Of a stretch of DNA of 64,000 nt, positions 62,593-64,000 are shown piece after piece. The translations under genes and the position numbers were made by a program. The stretch's first letter is position 1; every line of letters starts with the position of its first letter. The notes beneath the pieces were generated by a model. It did not search any database. It was not told the DNA's origin and worked only from the letters and a program-made list of their open reading frames with translations. Origin of the DNA: an uncultured bacterium (lineage in GTDB: Bacteria; Planctomycetota; SZUA-567; JAKLDR01); the NCBI GenBank assembly GCA_965370045.1, contig CBDUSI010000004.1, positions 4,787-68,786 of the forward strand. Direction: 5' to 3'.

Positions 62593-63971
62593 TCAGGCAA
62601 CTGGCCGCCGCGATTCTGGGCTGCGCACTTCTCTCCGCCGCCGGTTCCGACGGCGAGGGCGGGGAGGAGCGCCGGAAGGAGATCACCTTCTGGCACATCC
62701 AGAACAAGGACCCCATGAAGGGGGTGGTCGCGGCCGCCGTCAAGCGCTTCGAGGCTGCGCATCCCGGTTTCTTGGTGAAGGTCACCGCCCTGGAGAACAA
62801 CGCCTTCAAGGACAAGCTCAAGGTGGCCATGGCCGCGGGCTCGCCGCCGGACGTCTTCCACACCTGGGGCGGGGGAATGCTGGCCGCCGACGCCGGGGCT
62901 GGGCGGGTGCTAGACCTGAACGGGCGCGTGGGGGCCGCGCACCTGGCCAAGCTCAATCCCGCGGCGCTGGAATTCTGCCGCTCGAAGGGCAAGCTCTACG
63001 CCCTGCCCGCCGACGTGGCCGCGGTGGTCTTCTGGTACAACAGGGAGATATTCAAGAAGCACGGCGTGACACCGCCGAAGACCTATAAGGAATTCCTGGC
63101 CGTCTGCGGGAAGCTCAAGGCCGCCGGGGTCACGCCCATAGCCCTGGGCAACACCAAGATGTGGCCCGGCGCTTTCTGCTTCATCTACTTCTCGCTGCGG
63201 CTGGGTGGGATGCAGCCCTTCCGGGACGCGGTCGCTCGCGCACAGGGTCCGGGCTTCGAGCACGAGTCCTTCATACGCGCCGGCGCGCTGGTCCGCGAAC
63301 TGGCCAGCAAGGAGTATCTCTCGCGCGGCTTCAACGGCATTGACTACACCCAGGCCCGGGGGCAGTTCTTCGACGGCAGCGCGGCAATCATCCTGATGGG
63401 GCCCTGGATCCTGGGTCACGCGCGGACGGGCGCGCCGGAGGGTTTCGTCGAGAAGATGGGCTGCTTCCCCTTCCCGGCGCTGGCGGAAGGGAAGGGCGAT
63501 CCCACCGCCGTCGTCGGGGGAGTCAATGCCGCCTATGCGGTGGCGGCGAGATGCAAACACCCCGCAGAAGCCGCGGCGCTGCTCCTGGATCTCACCTCCG
63601 TCCGGACCGCGGAGGCCTGGGCCAAGACCGGGCGCATCCCGGCGCTGAAGACGGAAATCGCCGCGCCGCTGCTGCCTCCCGAGACCCGCGAGGTGGCGGC
63701 AATTCTGGGCGCGGCCAAGAGCATTCAGCTCTACTACGACCAGGCCCTCCCGCCGGACATGGCCGTGCTCCACAAGAGCACCACGCAGGGGCTGTTTGCC
63801 GGCACCAAGACCCCGGAGGAGGCCGCGCGGCTCATGGAGCAAAAGGCCGGCGGCGTCCGGGCGGGGTCGAAGCTGGTCGGCACACCGGTTTTTCTGGCGC
63901 TTCTGGTGCTGGTCGCGATCGTCCTGGGGCTCAAGCTGCGCCGGCGGCGCGGAGAGCGCGCGGCCAAGTGA
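62589..63971 (+). CDS. Sugar ABC substrate-binding protein with a C-terminal TM anchor
   Basis: EITFWHIQ, AAGSPPDVF, FWYNREIFKKHG..PPKTY, GVTPIALG. C-terminal VFLALLVLVAIVLGL followed by KLRRRR. Confidence 0.85.
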   Translation: MIRQLAAAILGCALLSAAGSDGEGGEERRKEITFWHIQNKDPMKGVVAAAVKRFEAAHPGFLVKVTALENNAFKDKLKVAMAAGSPPDVFHTWGGGMLAADAGAGRVLDLNGRVGAAHLAKLNPAALEFCRSKGKLYALPADVAAVVFWYNREIFKKHGVTPPKTYKEFLAVCGKLKAAGVTPIALGNTKMWPGAFCFIYFSLRLGGMQPFRDAVARAQGPGFEHESFIRAGALVRELASKEYLSRGFNGIDYTQARGQFFDGSAAIILMGPWILGHARTGAPEGFVEKMGCFPFPALAEGKGDPTAVVGGVNAAYAVAARCKHPAEAAALLLDLTSVRTAEAWAKTGRIPALKTEIAAPLLPPETREVAAILGAAKSIQLYYDQALPPDMAVLHKSTTQGLFAGTKTPEEAARLMEQKAGGVRAGSKLVGTPVFLALLVLVAIVLGLKLRRRRGERAAK

Positions 63972-64000
63972 GCGCGATTGCGGGACGCTCCCGGCGGGCG

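Overview
High-GC bacterial chromosome segment, most likely from a Planctomycetota (PVC) genome with an anaerobic lifestyle. Evidence for the lineage: a PVC-type small basic protein, a SpoVG with a zinc-ribbon insert, a prenyltransferase-repeat protein, an ECF sigma factor with a membrane-anchored extension, and an MA1821/MA1822-type homocysteine module. About 55 genes are supported. They include folate (pabB/pabC), smpB, a purF-like gene, a WlbABC-like sugar pathway, two sugar ABC systems, GT4 glycosyltransferases, the MEP pathway (ispE, ispG, dxr), rseP and several signalling proteins. I saw no rRNA, tRNA, CRISPR array, transposase or integrase. The four most notable observations are: (1) a tightly coupled pair of a 42-aa-repeat coiled-coil protein and an actin-fold ATPase resembling haloarchaeal salactin/volactin (8020-10632), a candidate cytoskeletal system; (2) an array of three long hairpin elements with shared AACCAC...GTGGTGAA ends, spaced about 430-440 nt apart and separating two diverged ~100-aa modules in one reading frame (44417-45424), with related nested hairpins at 42174-44291; (3) an ECF sigma factor fused through a TM helix to GH20b, GH84-like and discoidin domains (37708-40227); (4) an ABC permease carrying a duplicated insert with atypical codon usage. 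All family assignments come from motif recognition by eye; no searches were run.
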